DNA of 64,000 bases from an uncultured Bacilli bacterium (GCA_910586195.1 CAJUHO010000001.1:38933-102932), one strand, 5' to 3'. Numbered from the stretch's first letter, positions 18,663-29,092 are shown. The notes: generated by a model not told the origin, from the sequence alone. Numbers and translations are program-made.

Positions 18663-19577
18663 CTATTTTAATTCTTGATAAACGTTGTCTGAAAATATAT
18701 GTTGTTCTTTTTCTATTTCATTTAATTTCTGTGTATTAATTAAGAAAAAGTTATATTCTAATAAATCAGATCCATCTGTTGTTACAGGATCATCCCAAGT
18801 TAAATCTAAGTGATACCACTGATTATCAATTAATACTGCATTCCATACATGATTTTCACTAGAGACTTTGATATTATTTAGGCTCATATCCTCTAAAAGT
18901 AGAGCCATTGCATCTGTATATCCTCCACATAATCCCTTTCCTTCGATCAAAGGACCATAGGCAATATCGGATTTATATTTCACAATATTTTCATCACTTC
19001 TACTAGAATCATATTTACTATTGTTAATAATATAATCATGATATACTTTGATTTGCTCAATAGTAGATAGGGAATCATTTTGGAGTATTTCTTTGATATA
19101 CTCTACTTTTTCTTGAACACTTTTGATATCACTTTTACTATAAGTTTTATCGATACGAATTGTAATTTTTCCAAGACTATCATAAACAGTTTCAATATGC
19201 TTAAAACCGTTAAATGGATGAACAAAATTATTGATATGGGATAGTGTTGTTTGATCATTTGCTAAATATTTTACTTCTGATAGGCACTCTTTCCAATCAT
19301 CTGGACAATAAAAAGTAAATTCTTCTTTTCCTGCATTAATAATAGTGTAGTAAATATCAATAAGATCCTGTTTAGAATGTGGTTGAAAGTTATTGGTATT
19401 TTCTACAAAACTATATCCATAATTTCGATAATAATTATTGTGACCTTCTAGTTTTACATCCTTATCTACCTTAATAAAGTGTTCTGTATAAAGAATGACT
19501 AATTGTTCTCTTAATAGAAATGCAAAACCAGAAACAATTAATAAAAGTCCCAGCACAATAAATCTTGTGTATTTCAT
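18663..19577 (-). CDS. transglutaminase-like cysteine protease-fold protein, membrane anchored
   Basis: Cys-His-Asp core (GKGLCGGYTDAMALLL, ENHVWNAV, YHLDLTWDD). Start moved to ATG 19577 (MKYTRFIVLGLLL), because the longer ORF would overlap rpsT. Confidence 0.75.
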   Translation of the reverse strand: MKYTRFIVLGLLLIVSGFAFLLREQLVILYTEHFIKVDKDVKLEGHNNYYRNYGYSFVENTNNFQPHSKQDLIDIYYTIINAGKEEFTFYCPDDWKECLSEVKYLANDQTTLSHINNFVHPFNGFKHIETVYDSLGKITIRIDKTYSKSDIKSVQEKVEYIKEILQNDSLSTIEQIKVYHDYIINNSKYDSSRSDENIVKYKSDIAYGPLIEGKGLCGGYTDAMALLLEDMSLNNIKVSSENHVWNAVLIDNQWYHLDLTWDDPVTTDGSDLLEYNFFLINTQKLNEIEKEQHIFSDNVYQELK

Positions 19578-19662
19578 ATCATTCACCCTAATATTATCAT
19601 AACATAAAACGACAAAAAAATTAGTAAAAATACGTTCGGTTGACATAAAAAAACAACAGATT

Positions 19663-19926
19663 TTACTCCATTGCATTCTTCATTTTAGTAAGTCTTGATT
19701 TTAAACGTGCACCTTTGTTCTGGTGTACTAATCCATTTGCAACTGCTTTGTCAATTCTTTGAATTGCAATATTTAAGTTAACAGCAGCGTCTTCTTTGTT
19801 TCCAGCCTTTACACTTTTTTCAAAGTTCTTTATGGCAGTTTTCATACTAGAAGTTATTAAAGTATTTACTTTTTCACGTTTTGCGTTACTACGAACACGC
19901 TTTTTTGCACTTTGAATATTTGGCAC
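19663..19926 (-). CDS. rpsT: 30S ribosomal protein S20
   Basis: PNIQSAKKRVRSNAKRE signature. GTG at 19926 lies about 6 nt after AGGTGA. The ORF track extends to a GTG at 19935. Confidence 0.9.
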   Translation of the reverse strand: MPNIQSAKKRVRSNAKREKVNTLITSSMKTAIKNFEKSVKAGNKEDAAVNLNIAIQRIDKAVANGLVHQNKGARLKSRLTKMKNAME

Positions 19927-20028
19927 TTTTTTCACCTCACTTTTATAAACATATTCATTTTAACAAAAAATAGTTAAAAATGCAAATAAAATATAGATAT
20001 TTGTAGATATTAATAATGGTGATAAAAT

Positions 20029-21066
20029 GTGCATACAATAGATTTGAAAAATTATGGGTTTCGAACAGATTTGGTAATAGAAGATATTACAGAGGATTTA
20101 AGAGAAGAAGAGGTAAAATCTAAGCGCTATGAAAATAATGGTGTGATTGTTGAAGAGATGGAAATAAGTGATAGTGGTAGTAAAAAGTTAAATCGAAAAG
20201 CGGGGCTTTATCGTACTATCATTTTTCAAGATGTTACAGATAAAGATCAATATAAAATAGTAGAAGATACTTTTATTAAAGTTTTTAAAAAATTTCTTTT
20301 AGATTGTAATTTGAAAGAGACGGATTCTGCTTTAATTGTTGGACTTGGAAATGATCATTCAACACCAGATGCATTAGGTCCTAAAACATTAGAACAAATA
20401 TTAGTTACAAGACATTTGTTTCAACTAGGAGAGCTTGAAAAAGGGTATCGTAATACTGCTTCTTTTACACCAGATGTTACAGGAACAACGGGAATTGAAA
20501 CAGGACAATTAATAAAAAGTGCTATTCATGTAGTAAAACCTAATTTTTTAATTGTCATAGATGCTTTAAAGGCAAATAATATGGAACGGGTAACGAAAAC
20601 AATTCAAATGTCGAATACGGGAATTACACCTGGGTCAGGGGTTGGTAATAATAGAGAAGAGTTATCTTATGAATCATTAGGTATTCCTGTGATCGTAATA
20701 GGAGTACCTACTATCGTCGATCTTGTGACAGTCGTTTCTAATACTGTACAATATATTTATAAACACTTTAGTTATAAAATAGATCATATTGATAGTGCCA
20801 AAGAAAAATTAATTCCTAGTCATAAACAAAATTATATTGATTATCCTGATACATTAACCAAGGAAGAGAAAGCAGAAATTTTAGGAATGATTGGAAATTT
20901 GGATGATAAAGATGTAAAAGAGTTAATTATGGAAGTATTAATCCCTATCAATTATAATTTGATGGTAACACCTAAAGAGATTGATTTTACAATTGATAGA
21001 CTTTCGATGTTATTAGGTCAAGGAATTAATAAAAGTTTACATGAGAACTTTAAAGCGACAAAATAA
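20029..21066 (+). CDS. gpr: GPR endopeptidase (spore germination protease)
   Basis: RTDLVIE, IVGLGNDHSTPDALGP and ITPGSGVGN motifs. Conserved rpsT-gpr-spoIIP neighbourhood. Confidence 0.9.
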   Translation: MHTIDLKNYGFRTDLVIEDITEDLREEEVKSKRYENNGVIVEEMEISDSGSKKLNRKAGLYRTIIFQDVTDKDQYKIVEDTFIKVFKKFLLDCNLKETDSALIVGLGNDHSTPDALGPKTLEQILVTRHLFQLGELEKGYRNTASFTPDVTGTTGIETGQLIKSAIHVVKPNFLIVIDALKANNMERVTKTIQMSNTGITPGSGVGNNREELSYESLGIPVIVIGVPTIVDLVTVVSNTVQYIYKHFSYKIDHIDSAKEKLIPSHKQNYIDYPDTLTKEEKAEILGMIGNLDDKDVKELIMEVLIPINYNLMVTPKEIDFTIDRLSMLLGQGINKSLHENFKATK

Positions 21067-21105
21067 ATAAGATTTATTATATATGATAGTTTTGGTGATG
21101 GTATT

Positions 21106-22053
21106 ATGAGAAAAAAGTTTATTGCCAAAAAACGAAAGAAAAAGAAACCAAAAATAAAGTTTCTTCTTTTTGCGCTCGTTTTCTTTTTTAGTTTTTATGT
21201 AACCTATGAATATTTGGCACAAAGTAATTTTAAAATAAGTGATCAGGTATTAGTAAAGTTGTTATTAAAACAGTCTAATAATCATATTAAGGAAAAAACG
21301 GGTATGTTAGATAAGGTTAAAAAAATGGTGACAAATCCTACTTTTTTGATTAATAAAAATTATAAGGGTCTTGTGAAGTTAGAACAAGAGGTGAAAAAAG
21401 AAAAGAGAGAAAAAGAGCTGAAGAATACAGTAGCGGAACCGTTAATATACATTTATAATTCTCATCAAACAGAAGAGTATGCACCATCCTCTATTGCGGA
21501 ATACTCTGTAACACCAACCGTATTGGTGGGAAGCTATATCTTAGAGGAGCGATTAGAACAGGCAGGTTTTGAAACATTAGTAGAAGAGAGGAGTATTAAG
21601 AATTTATTAAATGAAAATAAGTGGAATTATAATTATAGTTATAGGGCTTCTAGAATATATTTAGATGATGTAAAGAATAATTATAGGACTATAAAATATT
21701 TTATTGATTTTCATAGAGATTCTTTATCTTATGATAAAACAACAATAGAAATTGAAGGGAAGAGTTATGCGAAATTATTATTTTTAATAGGACTTGAAAA
21801 TCCTAATTATATGAAGAATTTATCTTTTACGGAAAAAATAGTTGCAAAGTTAAATGAGAGGTACCCAGGCCTTTGTAAAGGAATTTATAAAAAAGGAGGA
21901 GAGGGCGTAAACGGTGTATATAATCAAGATAGTTCTGAATATACCATTTTATTAGAGGTAGGGGGCCCTGATAATAAAATCACGGAAGTGTTAAATTCTG
22001 TGAATGCTTTTAGCGAGGTATTTAGTGAGGTGATTACGGTTAATGAAGGGTAA
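21106..22053 (+). CDS. spoIIP: stage II sporulation protein P
   Basis: N-terminal TM segment, then IYIYNSHQTEEY and IDFHRDS motifs. Lies after gpr. Confidence 0.85.
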   Translation: MRKKFIAKKRKKKKPKIKFLLFALVFFFSFYVTYEYLAQSNFKISDQVLVKLLLKQSNNHIKEKTGMLDKVKKMVTNPTFLINKNYKGLVKLEQEVKKEKREKELKNTVAEPLIYIYNSHQTEEYAPSSIAEYSVTPTVLVGSYILEERLEQAGFETLVEERSIKNLLNENKWNYNYSYRASRIYLDDVKNNYRTIKYFIDFHRDSLSYDKTTIEIEGKSYAKLLFLIGLENPNYMKNLSFTEKIVAKLNERYPGLCKGIYKKGGEGVNGVYNQDSSEYTILLEVGGPDNKITEVLNSVNAFSEVFSEVITVNEG

Positions 22054-22366
22054 AAGTATCGTTCGAATGGTAATTGGTGTTTTGGGAATTGTTTTTTTAG
22101 TTGTTTATTTTGGAATGGCAAGTGGCTATTTAGAAGTTGAAAATAGAAGAAAGACAGCGCTTACACAGGAGGCGATGGAAAAATATGAAAAAGATTTAAA
22201 AGAGGGAAAGAAAATTGATATGGATGCTTATCTAGTGGAGAAAAAGGTCTATAGTAATCATATCTCCAGTGTGGTATTAGAAATGTCATCTATTATTGAA
22301 AAGGGCTTTAATGCTATTTTAGATTATTTATTTTCGGAGGTGGATAAGGCAGTAAAAAGTAAATAA
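22043..22366 (+). CDS. YqxA-like small membrane protein
   Basis: 107-aa ORF with one TM segment, overlapping the spoIIP stop. It occupies the yqxA slot of the Bacillus gpr-spoIIP-yqxA order. The call is by position only. Confidence 0.45.
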   Translation: MKGKSIVRMVIGVLGIVFLVVYFGMASGYLEVENRRKTALTQEAMEKYEKDLKEGKKIDMDAYLVEKKVYSNHISSVVLEMSSIIEKGFNAILDYLFSEVDKAVKSK

Positions 22367-22431
22367 ATTGTTGTTTTTTCATATAATAAGAAGAAATAAT
22401 TTCTCTTTTTTGTAAAAATAAGTCAAATAAT

Positions 22432-22460
22432 TTGATATTAGAAATAATTTTCGCTATAAT
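22432..22460 (+). promoter_or_regulatory. sigma-A-type promoter upstream of parE
   Basis: TTGATA at 22432-22437, a 17-nt spacer, and TATAAT at 22455-22460. Confidence 0.6.
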
Positions 22461-22487
22461 TGATATGAAAAGTAATGGAGTGATAAT

Positions 22488-24389
22488 ATGGCATTGAGAT
22501 ATGATGATTCATCAATTAAGATATTAGAAGGGTTAGAAGCCGTTCGTAAACGTCCAGGAATGTATATTGGATCTACTGATAAGAGAGGACTTCATCATTT
22601 AGTTTGGGAAATTGTCGATAATGCGATAGATGAAGCAATTAATGGATTTGGTAATAAGATTGTAATTACGATTCATAAAGATAAGTCTTTAAGTGTTGAG
22701 GATTATGGTAGAGGATTACCCGTTGGAATGCATGAGTCTGGAAGAAGTACACCAGAGGTAATCTTTACAGTACTTCATGCTGGTGGTAAGTTTGAAAGTG
22801 ATGGGTATAAAGTTTCTGGAGGATTGCACGGTGTAGGTTCTAGTGTCGTTAATGCTTTATCAAAATGGCTAGAAGTAACAACAAGGCGTGATAAAGGTGA
22901 ATATTATATGAAATGTAGTGATGGGGGATGCGTTTCTGTTCCTTTAAAGAAAATAGGTACTACAAATAGGACAGGAACGACAGTACGGTTTTTACCAGAC
23001 GAGGAAATTTTTTCTACGATTCATTTTTCATATACTACGATTTGTGAGAGAATGCAGGAGTCTGCTTTTTTAATGAAAGGACTTACCATTGAAGTAATTG
23101 ATGAGGAAGACGAAAAGAGCGCAGTTTTTTGTTATGAACGAGGTATCGAGGAGTTCGTGGAAGATATCAATAAGGGAAAAACAACCCTTCATAAGGTGCT
23201 TTCTTTCGGTGGACAAAAGGAAAAAATAGAAGTAGATATTGCCATGCAATATACAGATACTTATTCAGAAAACATTGTTTCATTTGTTAATAATGTTAAA
23301 ACAATTGACGGAGGAACGCATGAGGTTGGCTTTAAGACGGCTTTGACTAAAGTGTTTAATGACTATGCTAAAAGTAATGGCTTTGTAAAGGGAAAGGATA
23401 AGGCCTTTGAAGGAAGCGATGTAAGAGAAGGCTTAACTGCTGTTATCAGTTTGAAAATCCCAGAAGGTATTCTCCAGTTTGAAGGACAAACGAAGGGCAA
23501 ACTTGGAACCCCTCAAGCACGAGTAGTAGTAGATAATATTGTCACAGAGCAAATTCGTATTTTTCTAGAAGAAAATAGAGCGGTCGCTACAGATATTATC
23601 AATAAGTCTTTGAAAAGCAAAATTGCAAGAGAGGCGGCCAGAAAAGCTCGTGAAGAGGCTAGAAAAGGCAGTAAGAAAAATACAAAAGAAAGGTCCCTAT
23701 CAGGAAAACTTGCACCAGCGCAATCCAAAGATAAAACGAAGAAAGAATTGTTTTTAGTGGAGGGAGACTCTGCTGGTGGTTCTGCAAAACAGGGGCGTGT
23801 TCGTGAGTTTCAAGCGATTCTTCCATTGCGTGGAAAGGTTTTAAATACCCAAAAGACAAAGGAAGAAGATATTTTAAAAAATGAAGAGATTAACACGATG
23901 ATTTATACGATTGGAGCAGGATATGGCGCTAATTTTGATATAAAGGATTGTGAGTATTCTAAGGTAATTATTATGAGCGATGCCGATGAAGATGGAGGAC
24001 ATATTCAGTGTTTATTATTGACATTCTTTTATCGTTATATGCGGCCACTGATTGAAGATGGAAGACTTTTTGTAGCACTTCCTCCACTTTTCAAAATTCA
24101 AAGTGGTAAAACGATAGAATACGCTTACTCTATCGAAGAGATGAAGGAAAAATCAAAAGGTAAACGCTGTGAGATACAGCGTTATAAAGGTCTTGGTGAA
24201 ATGAATGCTGATCAGTTATGTGAGACTACCATGAAACCAGGTAGTAGAACTTTGATTCGTGTCAATATTGAAGATGCACAATTAGCAGAAAAGAGAGTAT
24301 CTATTCTGATGGGAGATGACGTTCCACCTCGTAAAGAATGGATTGACGAGAATGTAGAGTTTACATTAGAAGATGAGTATGAGATTTAA
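22488..24389 (+). CDS. parE: DNA topoisomerase IV subunit B
   Basis: GHKL and Toprim motifs (LEGLEAVRKRPGMYIGST, EIVDNAIDE, EGDSAGGSAKQGR, DADEDGGHI). Called ParE because it is paired with a ParC-type partner. Confidence 0.85.
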   Translation: MALRYDDSSIKILEGLEAVRKRPGMYIGSTDKRGLHHLVWEIVDNAIDEAINGFGNKIVITIHKDKSLSVEDYGRGLPVGMHESGRSTPEVIFTVLHAGGKFESDGYKVSGGLHGVGSSVVNALSKWLEVTTRRDKGEYYMKCSDGGCVSVPLKKIGTTNRTGTTVRFLPDEEIFSTIHFSYTTICERMQESAFLMKGLTIEVIDEEDEKSAVFCYERGIEEFVEDINKGKTTLHKVLSFGGQKEKIEVDIAMQYTDTYSENIVSFVNNVKTIDGGTHEVGFKTALTKVFNDYAKSNGFVKGKDKAFEGSDVREGLTAVISLKIPEGILQFEGQTKGKLGTPQARVVVDNIVTEQIRIFLEENRAVATDIINKSLKSKIAREAARKAREEARKGSKKNTKERSLSGKLAPAQSKDKTKKELFLVEGDSAGGSAKQGRVREFQAILPLRGKVLNTQKTKEEDILKNEEINTMIYTIGAGYGANFDIKDCEYSKVIIMSDADEDGGHIQCLLLTFFYRYMRPLIEDGRLFVALPPLFKIQSGKTIEYAYSIEEMKEKSKGKRCEIQRYKGLGEMNADQLCETTMKPGSRTLIRVNIEDAQLAEKRVSILMGDDVPPRKEWIDENVEFTLEDEYEI

Positions 24390-24503
24390 TAGAAGAAGCC
24401 TGTTTCTACAAATGTTAATATCTTTATATTGAAAGAAGATACAGACAAAGGAAAGAGTAAAAATAATAAAAAATAAATACTATAAATAGAAGGTAGTGGT
24501 AAT

Positions 24504-27035
24504 ATGGCAAGAAAAAAAACACAGACGCAAGAAGTAATTGAAAAGATTTTTGACTATACCCTAGAAGATATTATGGGGGAACGTTTTGGAAGTTATTCTA
24601 AATATATTATCCAAGATCGTGCCATTCCTGATGCTAGAGATGGACTAAAACCAGTACAGCGACGAATTTTATACTCTATGCATAAAGAGAAAAACACTTA
24701 TGATAAAGGATATCGTAAAAGTGCCAAAACCGTAGGGGATGTTATTGGTAATTATCATCCTCATGGTGATACGTCTATCTATGATGCCATGGTAAGAATG
24801 AGTCAACCATGGAAGACTAGACTTCCATATATTGATATGCATGGTAATAATGGTTCTATTGATGGGGATAGTCCTGCTGCTTATCGTTATACAGAGGCAC
24901 GTCTTTCTAAAATTAGTAATGAAATGCTTCGCGATATAGAAAAAGATACGGTTGAGTTTGCGCCTAACTTTGATGATACTACGGTAGAACCAACTGTTTT
25001 GCCAGCGCGTTTTCCTGCACTTTTAGTCTACGGTGCCCAAGGGATATCAGCAGGTTATGCTACTAGTATTCCTCCTCATAATTTAAATGAGATTATTGAT
25101 GCGACAGTTTATCGAATTGATCATCCAGAATGCAGTTTGGATGATTTGATGAAATATGTTAAAGGACCTGATTTTCCGACTGGTGCTATTATAGAAGGAA
25201 TAGAGGGAATTCGTGATGCTTATAAAACAGGACGTGGACGAATTATCGTAAAAAGTAGATATGAATTTTTAGAAGAGAAGGGAAAGACTTCTTTAATAAT
25301 TACAGAAATTCCTTTTGAAGCGAATAAGGCACAGATTGTTAAAAAGATGGACGATATTCGTATTGATAAAAAAATAGATGGTATCATAGAAGTTCGAGAT
25401 GAATCTGCTGCTGATGTGCGAATTGTAGTGGATCTTAAAAAGGGTGCTAATAAGGACTTGATTGTTGCCTATTTATTAAAAAATACAGATATGCAAATTA
25501 GTTATAACTTTAATATGGTATCTATTGTCAATCGTCGTCCTAAATTGTTGGGCTTGGAAGGAGCCTTGGACGCTTTTATTGTTCATCAGCGAAATGTTGT
25601 AAAAAGGCGTACAGAATTTGATCTTCGTCATGCGAAAGCTAGATATCACATCGTAGAAGGATTAATTAAGTGTATTTCTATTTTGGATGAAGTGATAAAA
25701 ACAATAAGGGAATCAAAAAATAAAGCCGATGCCAAAACGAATTTAATGGAAAAGTTTGCCTTTAGTGAGGCCCAAGCAGAGGCTATTGTTACATTACAAC
25801 TTTATCGCTTAACGAATACAGATGTTGTTCAATTAGAACAAGAGATGGAAAATCTTAGAAAAATCATTGAAGGACTTACAGCAATCCTTGGTAGTGAGGA
25901 TGTATTAAAATCTGTTATGAAAAAAGATTTAAAGGGTGTAAAAAAGGATTATCCAACACCACGCCTTACTGATATAAAAGAAGAAATTACAGAGTTAAAA
26001 ATTGATACTACAGCTATGATTCCGAAGGAAGATACCATTGTTATGGTAACCCATGATGGTTATATTAAAAGGTCTTCTCCTAGAAGTTATGCTTCATCAA
26101 CAGAAGAGTCTGCTTTAAAAGAGAATGATTATGTGATAGGACTATATGAGATGAATACAGCAGATACACTATTATTGTTTACATCACTTGGAAATTATCT
26201 CCATATTCCTGTTCATATGATTCCAGATTTAAAATGGAAAGATATGCCTAAACATGTTAGTAATATAATTTCTATAGGTGAAGAGGAAAATATTATTTCA
26301 TCACTTCCTGCTTATGATTTTTCTAGTGATATGCGAGTAATTTTGGCTACAAAAAATGGAATGATTAAGCGTTGTAATCTGAAAGGTTTTAAATTACAAC
26401 GGTATTCTAAGCCAGCGTTATGTATGAAATTAAAAGCAGATGATGTATTGGTCGCTGTATGTTATGAAGAAAAACCAGATATTCTTCTTAGTACCAATCA
26501 GGCTTATGGTCTTGTTTTTGCCGCCTCAGATGTACCAGTAGTAGGGGTAAAAGCAAGTGGTGTAAAAGGAATTACTTTAAAAGGGGATGAGGTTGTTTCC
26601 CTTAATAGTCTAGATTATCATGAAGATGGGTATGTAGCAGTAGTAACAGATCGTGGAACAGCAAAGCGCTTACATATTCATGAACTAGATTTATCTACTA
26701 GAAGTCGTAGAGGACTACTACTTCTTCGTGAGGTAAAAACAAATCCTTATCGTGTTATTAAAACCTTTGTAATAGATGCTAAAAGACAACTTGGTCTTCG
26801 TAATGATACAATTCATTATGTTAAATCTGTGGAATTACCAATACTAGATCGTTATTCAACTGGTAGTCAGGTTATAAAAGGACTCTTAACAGACGCTTTT
26901 GTAGTTTTGGAACTACAAAAAAAAGATGATTTATTACAGCAACAGTCACCAGTAGAGGTTATACAAAAAAAGAAGACGATTTCTTTAAAAGAAATTGATG
27001 ATAAACTTATGACTATAGATGATTTTCTAAATTAG
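24504..27035 (+). CDS. parC: DNA topoisomerase IV subunit A
   Basis: RFGSYSKYIIQDRAIPDARDGLKPVQRRILY, NYHPHGD and GISAGYATSIPPHN match the ParC pattern rather than the GyrA pattern (YAMSVIVSRALPD, GIAVGMATNIPPH). I saw no GyrA-box. Confidence 0.9.
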   Translation: MARKKTQTQEVIEKIFDYTLEDIMGERFGSYSKYIIQDRAIPDARDGLKPVQRRILYSMHKEKNTYDKGYRKSAKTVGDVIGNYHPHGDTSIYDAMVRMSQPWKTRLPYIDMHGNNGSIDGDSPAAYRYTEARLSKISNEMLRDIEKDTVEFAPNFDDTTVEPTVLPARFPALLVYGAQGISAGYATSIPPHNLNEIIDATVYRIDHPECSLDDLMKYVKGPDFPTGAIIEGIEGIRDAYKTGRGRIIVKSRYEFLEEKGKTSLIITEIPFEANKAQIVKKMDDIRIDKKIDGIIEVRDESAADVRIVVDLKKGANKDLIVAYLLKNTDMQISYNFNMVSIVNRRPKLLGLEGALDAFIVHQRNVVKRRTEFDLRHAKARYHIVEGLIKCISILDEVIKTIRESKNKADAKTNLMEKFAFSEAQAEAIVTLQLYRLTNTDVVQLEQEMENLRKIIEGLTAILGSEDVLKSVMKKDLKGVKKDYPTPRLTDIKEEITELKIDTTAMIPKEDTIVMVTHDGYIKRSSPRSYASSTEESALKENDYVIGLYEMNTADTLLLFTSLGNYLHIPVHMIPDLKWKDMPKHVSNIISIGEEENIISSLPAYDFSSDMRVILATKNGMIKRCNLKGFKLQRYSKPALCMKLKADDVLVAVCYEEKPDILLSTNQAYGLVFAASDVPVVGVKASGVKGITLKGDEVVSLNSLDYHEDGYVAVVTDRGTAKRLHIHELDLSTRSRRGLLLLREVKTNPYRVIKTFVIDAKRQLGLRNDTIHYVKSVELPILDRYSTGSQVIKGLLTDAFVVLELQKKDDLLQQQSPVEVIQKKKTISLKEIDDKLMTIDDFLN

Positions 27036-27057
27036 AAGATAAAAGGAGAAAGATGAA

Positions 27058-27382
27058 ATGGAAAAATTATTAATTATGGCATATATGGGGACTGGAAAAA
27101 CAATATGATAATGTAGTTGATTTTGACTTTCAAGATTATAAATATATATATGATGAATCAATAAGACATTTACCCCTTGAACAGAGAAAAGGTTCCACAA
27201 GCCTTAGAGTAGAAAACTCTAATTACCCTAAAAACTTTCTTACCGATGCTAAACATTTATTAAATGAAGGGAAAGTGGTTGTCTCTCCCTTTATAAGTCA
27301 TGTATATGCTGCTACAAAAGAAAAGATAAAGACTATTCATCTAATGTTAATATTTGGATGGATGGTTTTTCTTTTGATATAA
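27058..27382 (+). pseudogene. frameshifted small ORF (P-loop-like GTGK N-terminus)
   Basis: ATG 27058 after AAAAGGAGAAAG reads MEKLLIMAYMGTGKTI then stops. The +1 frame stays open for 93 codons from 27101 (QYDNVVDFDFQDY...) to TAA 27380-27382. The junction is the A5 run at 27096-27100. Confidence 0.4.
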
Positions 27383-27431
27383 AATTGGAAAGAATTCTTT
27401 TTTGTTTCATATACTTTTATAGGTGAGAAAT

Positions 27432-27794
27432 ATGTCGAAAGAAAATTTTAAAAATTTTGTAAAAATACATCCAGAGCTTGCCACTCATGTAATTAATAAA
27501 AAAAATACATGGCAGGATTTTTATGAATTGTATGAATTATATGGGGAGTCTAATAATGTTTGGGATCATTACTTTAAAACGAATTTGACAAGTGTGCCAG
27601 CAAAGGATAAGGCATCCTCTATGTCAGAACTTATAAATATGGTAAAGAAAGTGGATTTAGATTCTGTTCAAAAGACAGTGGGAAATTTGCAAAAGACTAT
27701 AGGACTATTACAAGATATTGGAATCGGAGGAAGTACAGCTACTAAGACTTCGGGTTATGAACCTCGTCCCATGTATAAGTACTTTGATGATTAA
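27432..27794 (+). CDS. YlbD-like putative spore coat protein
   Basis: FKNFVKIHPELATHVINKKNTWQDFYELYELYGE resembles Bacillus YlbD as I recall it. Context is ylbD-ylbE-ylbF-rsmD. Confidence 0.6.
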   Translation: MSKENFKNFVKIHPELATHVINKKNTWQDFYELYELYGESNNVWDHYFKTNLTSVPAKDKASSMSELINMVKKVDLDSVQKTVGNLQKTIGLLQDIGIGGSTATKTSGYEPRPMYKYFDD

Positions 27795-28015
27795 TGTTTG
27801 TCCAAACTCAAATGACCATTCGCCACAATCCCAACCTTTATCGGTATTTACGAGAAAATTCTTATTGGTACAAATACTTAAACCGTTCTCCTGCTTTTAT
27901 TAAAGAGATGGAACAAGAGATGAAAAGCCGTTATAAATTGACGCCAGAAGATAAGATGGAAAAATTTTCAAGTCGTCTAGATATGATTACTTCCATTATT
28001 GATGTTTTAACTTGA
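27794..28015 (+). CDS. YlbE-like protein
   Basis: TAATG overlap with the upstream gene. YRYLRENSYWYKYLNRSP resembles the YlbE family. Conserved position. Confidence 0.55.
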   Translation: MFVQTQMTIRHNPNLYRYLRENSYWYKYLNRSPAFIKEMEQEMKSRYKLTPEDKMEKFSSRLDMITSIIDVLT

Positions 28016-28059
28016 TTGAAAAAAAGAGTAATTTATGTTACTCTTTTAATGGTGATTAT

Positions 28060-28332
28060 ATGCTTGAGTTATTAGAGAAAATTGATATTTTAAAAAAGGC
28101 CTTAAACGAGACAGATTTAATAAAGAGACTAGAAAGTGCTCAATTAGAAATCCTAAATGATTCCCAACTATATCAAAAAATAAAAAATCGTGATGTAGAT
28201 ATTTCTTCAAATTTAAAAGTAGTAGAATATAGAAAAGTAGAAAATGAAGTTAATTTTTTAATACTAGAGATTAATGATTATTTAAAACGAAGTTTTAAAG
28301 AAAGCCAAAGGTGTCATCATGAAAGTAATTAG
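28060..28332 (+). CDS. YlbF/YmcA-family regulatory protein
   Basis: Start ATG 28060 after GGTGA. About 90-aa helical protein (LKKALNETDLIKRLESAQLEILND) in the ylbF position. Confidence 0.6.
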   Translation: MLELLEKIDILKKALNETDLIKRLESAQLEILNDSQLYQKIKNRDVDISSNLKVVEYRKVENEVNFLILEINDYLKRSFKESQRCHHESN

Positions 28333-28867
28333 TGGAACGTTAAAGGGACGTACTATTTTGGGATTTCACAATCCTAAGACAAGACCGACTATGGATCGAG
28401 TAAAAGAATCTCTTTTTGCAATGATACAAGAACAGATTGTAAATAGTACTGTGTTAGATCTTTTCTCGGGTAGTGGCTCACTAGCAATTGAGGCTTTATC
28501 ACAAGGAGCAAAAGTAGCATACCTTAATGATAATAATAAAGATGCTATAAAAACGATTCAAAAAAATATTCAAAATTTTTCACTTCAAAGTAAAAGTATA
28601 ATCATGAATTATGACTTTAAAAAGACATTAAAAGTATTAAAGGAAAAAGGTGCTAGTTTTGATTTCATATTTTTAGATCCGCCTTATCAAACTTCTTATA
28701 TTAAAGAGGCCCTTTTGTTAATTTTAGAGTATCAACTTATAAATGAGAATGGTAAAATTATATGTGAAACGGATTCCTTAGAAAAAGTCTCACCATATGA
28801 CTCATTACAAGTAGTAAAACAAAAGAAATATGGTGATAAGTATATAGTAATTTTTGAGAAAGTATGA
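28319..28867 (+). CDS. rsmD: 16S rRNA (guanine966-N2)-methyltransferase
   Basis: RPTMDRVKESLF, the SAM-binding motif LDLFSGSGSLAIEALSQGA, and FLDPPY. Confidence 0.9.
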   Translation: MKVISGTLKGRTILGFHNPKTRPTMDRVKESLFAMIQEQIVNSTVLDLFSGSGSLAIEALSQGAKVAYLNDNNKDAIKTIQKNIQNFSLQSKSIIMNYDFKKTLKVLKEKGASFDFIFLDPPYQTSYIKEALLLILEYQLINENGKIICETDSLEKVSPYDSLQVVKQKKYGDKYIVIFEKV

Positions 28868-28894
28868 TATAAGTATATTAAGGACGATGATACT

Positions 28895-29092
28895 ATGATG
28901 AATCAAAAAGGATTTGCCGTTTCGACGATTCTTTATGGAATATTAATTATGGCTATGCTTATTATGACGCTGTTGATTGGCACAATGGCATTTACGAAAA
29001 AAAGTACTACTGATTTGGTGAATAGTGTAGAAGAAGATTTAAATAAATGTGTAAATCCAGATAGTACCGATTGTACTGCCACATTGCCATGA
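28895..29092 (+). CDS. small prepilin-like membrane peptide
   Basis: 65-aa ORF. MMNQKGFAVSTILYGILIMAMLIMTLLIG resembles a class III (prepilin) signal, but has Thr rather than Glu at +5. Confidence 0.4.
   Translation: MMNQKGFAVSTILYGILIMAMLIMTLLIGTMAFTKKSTTDLVNSVEEDLNKCVNPDSTDCTATLP

Noticed and set aside
22488-27035. Alternative call as gyrB/gyrA
   Set aside because: The A subunit carries ParC-type signatures (RFGxYSKYIIQDRA, GISAGYAT), I saw no GyrA-box, and there is no dnaA-dnaN-recF context. ParE versus GyrB alone would be ambiguous.
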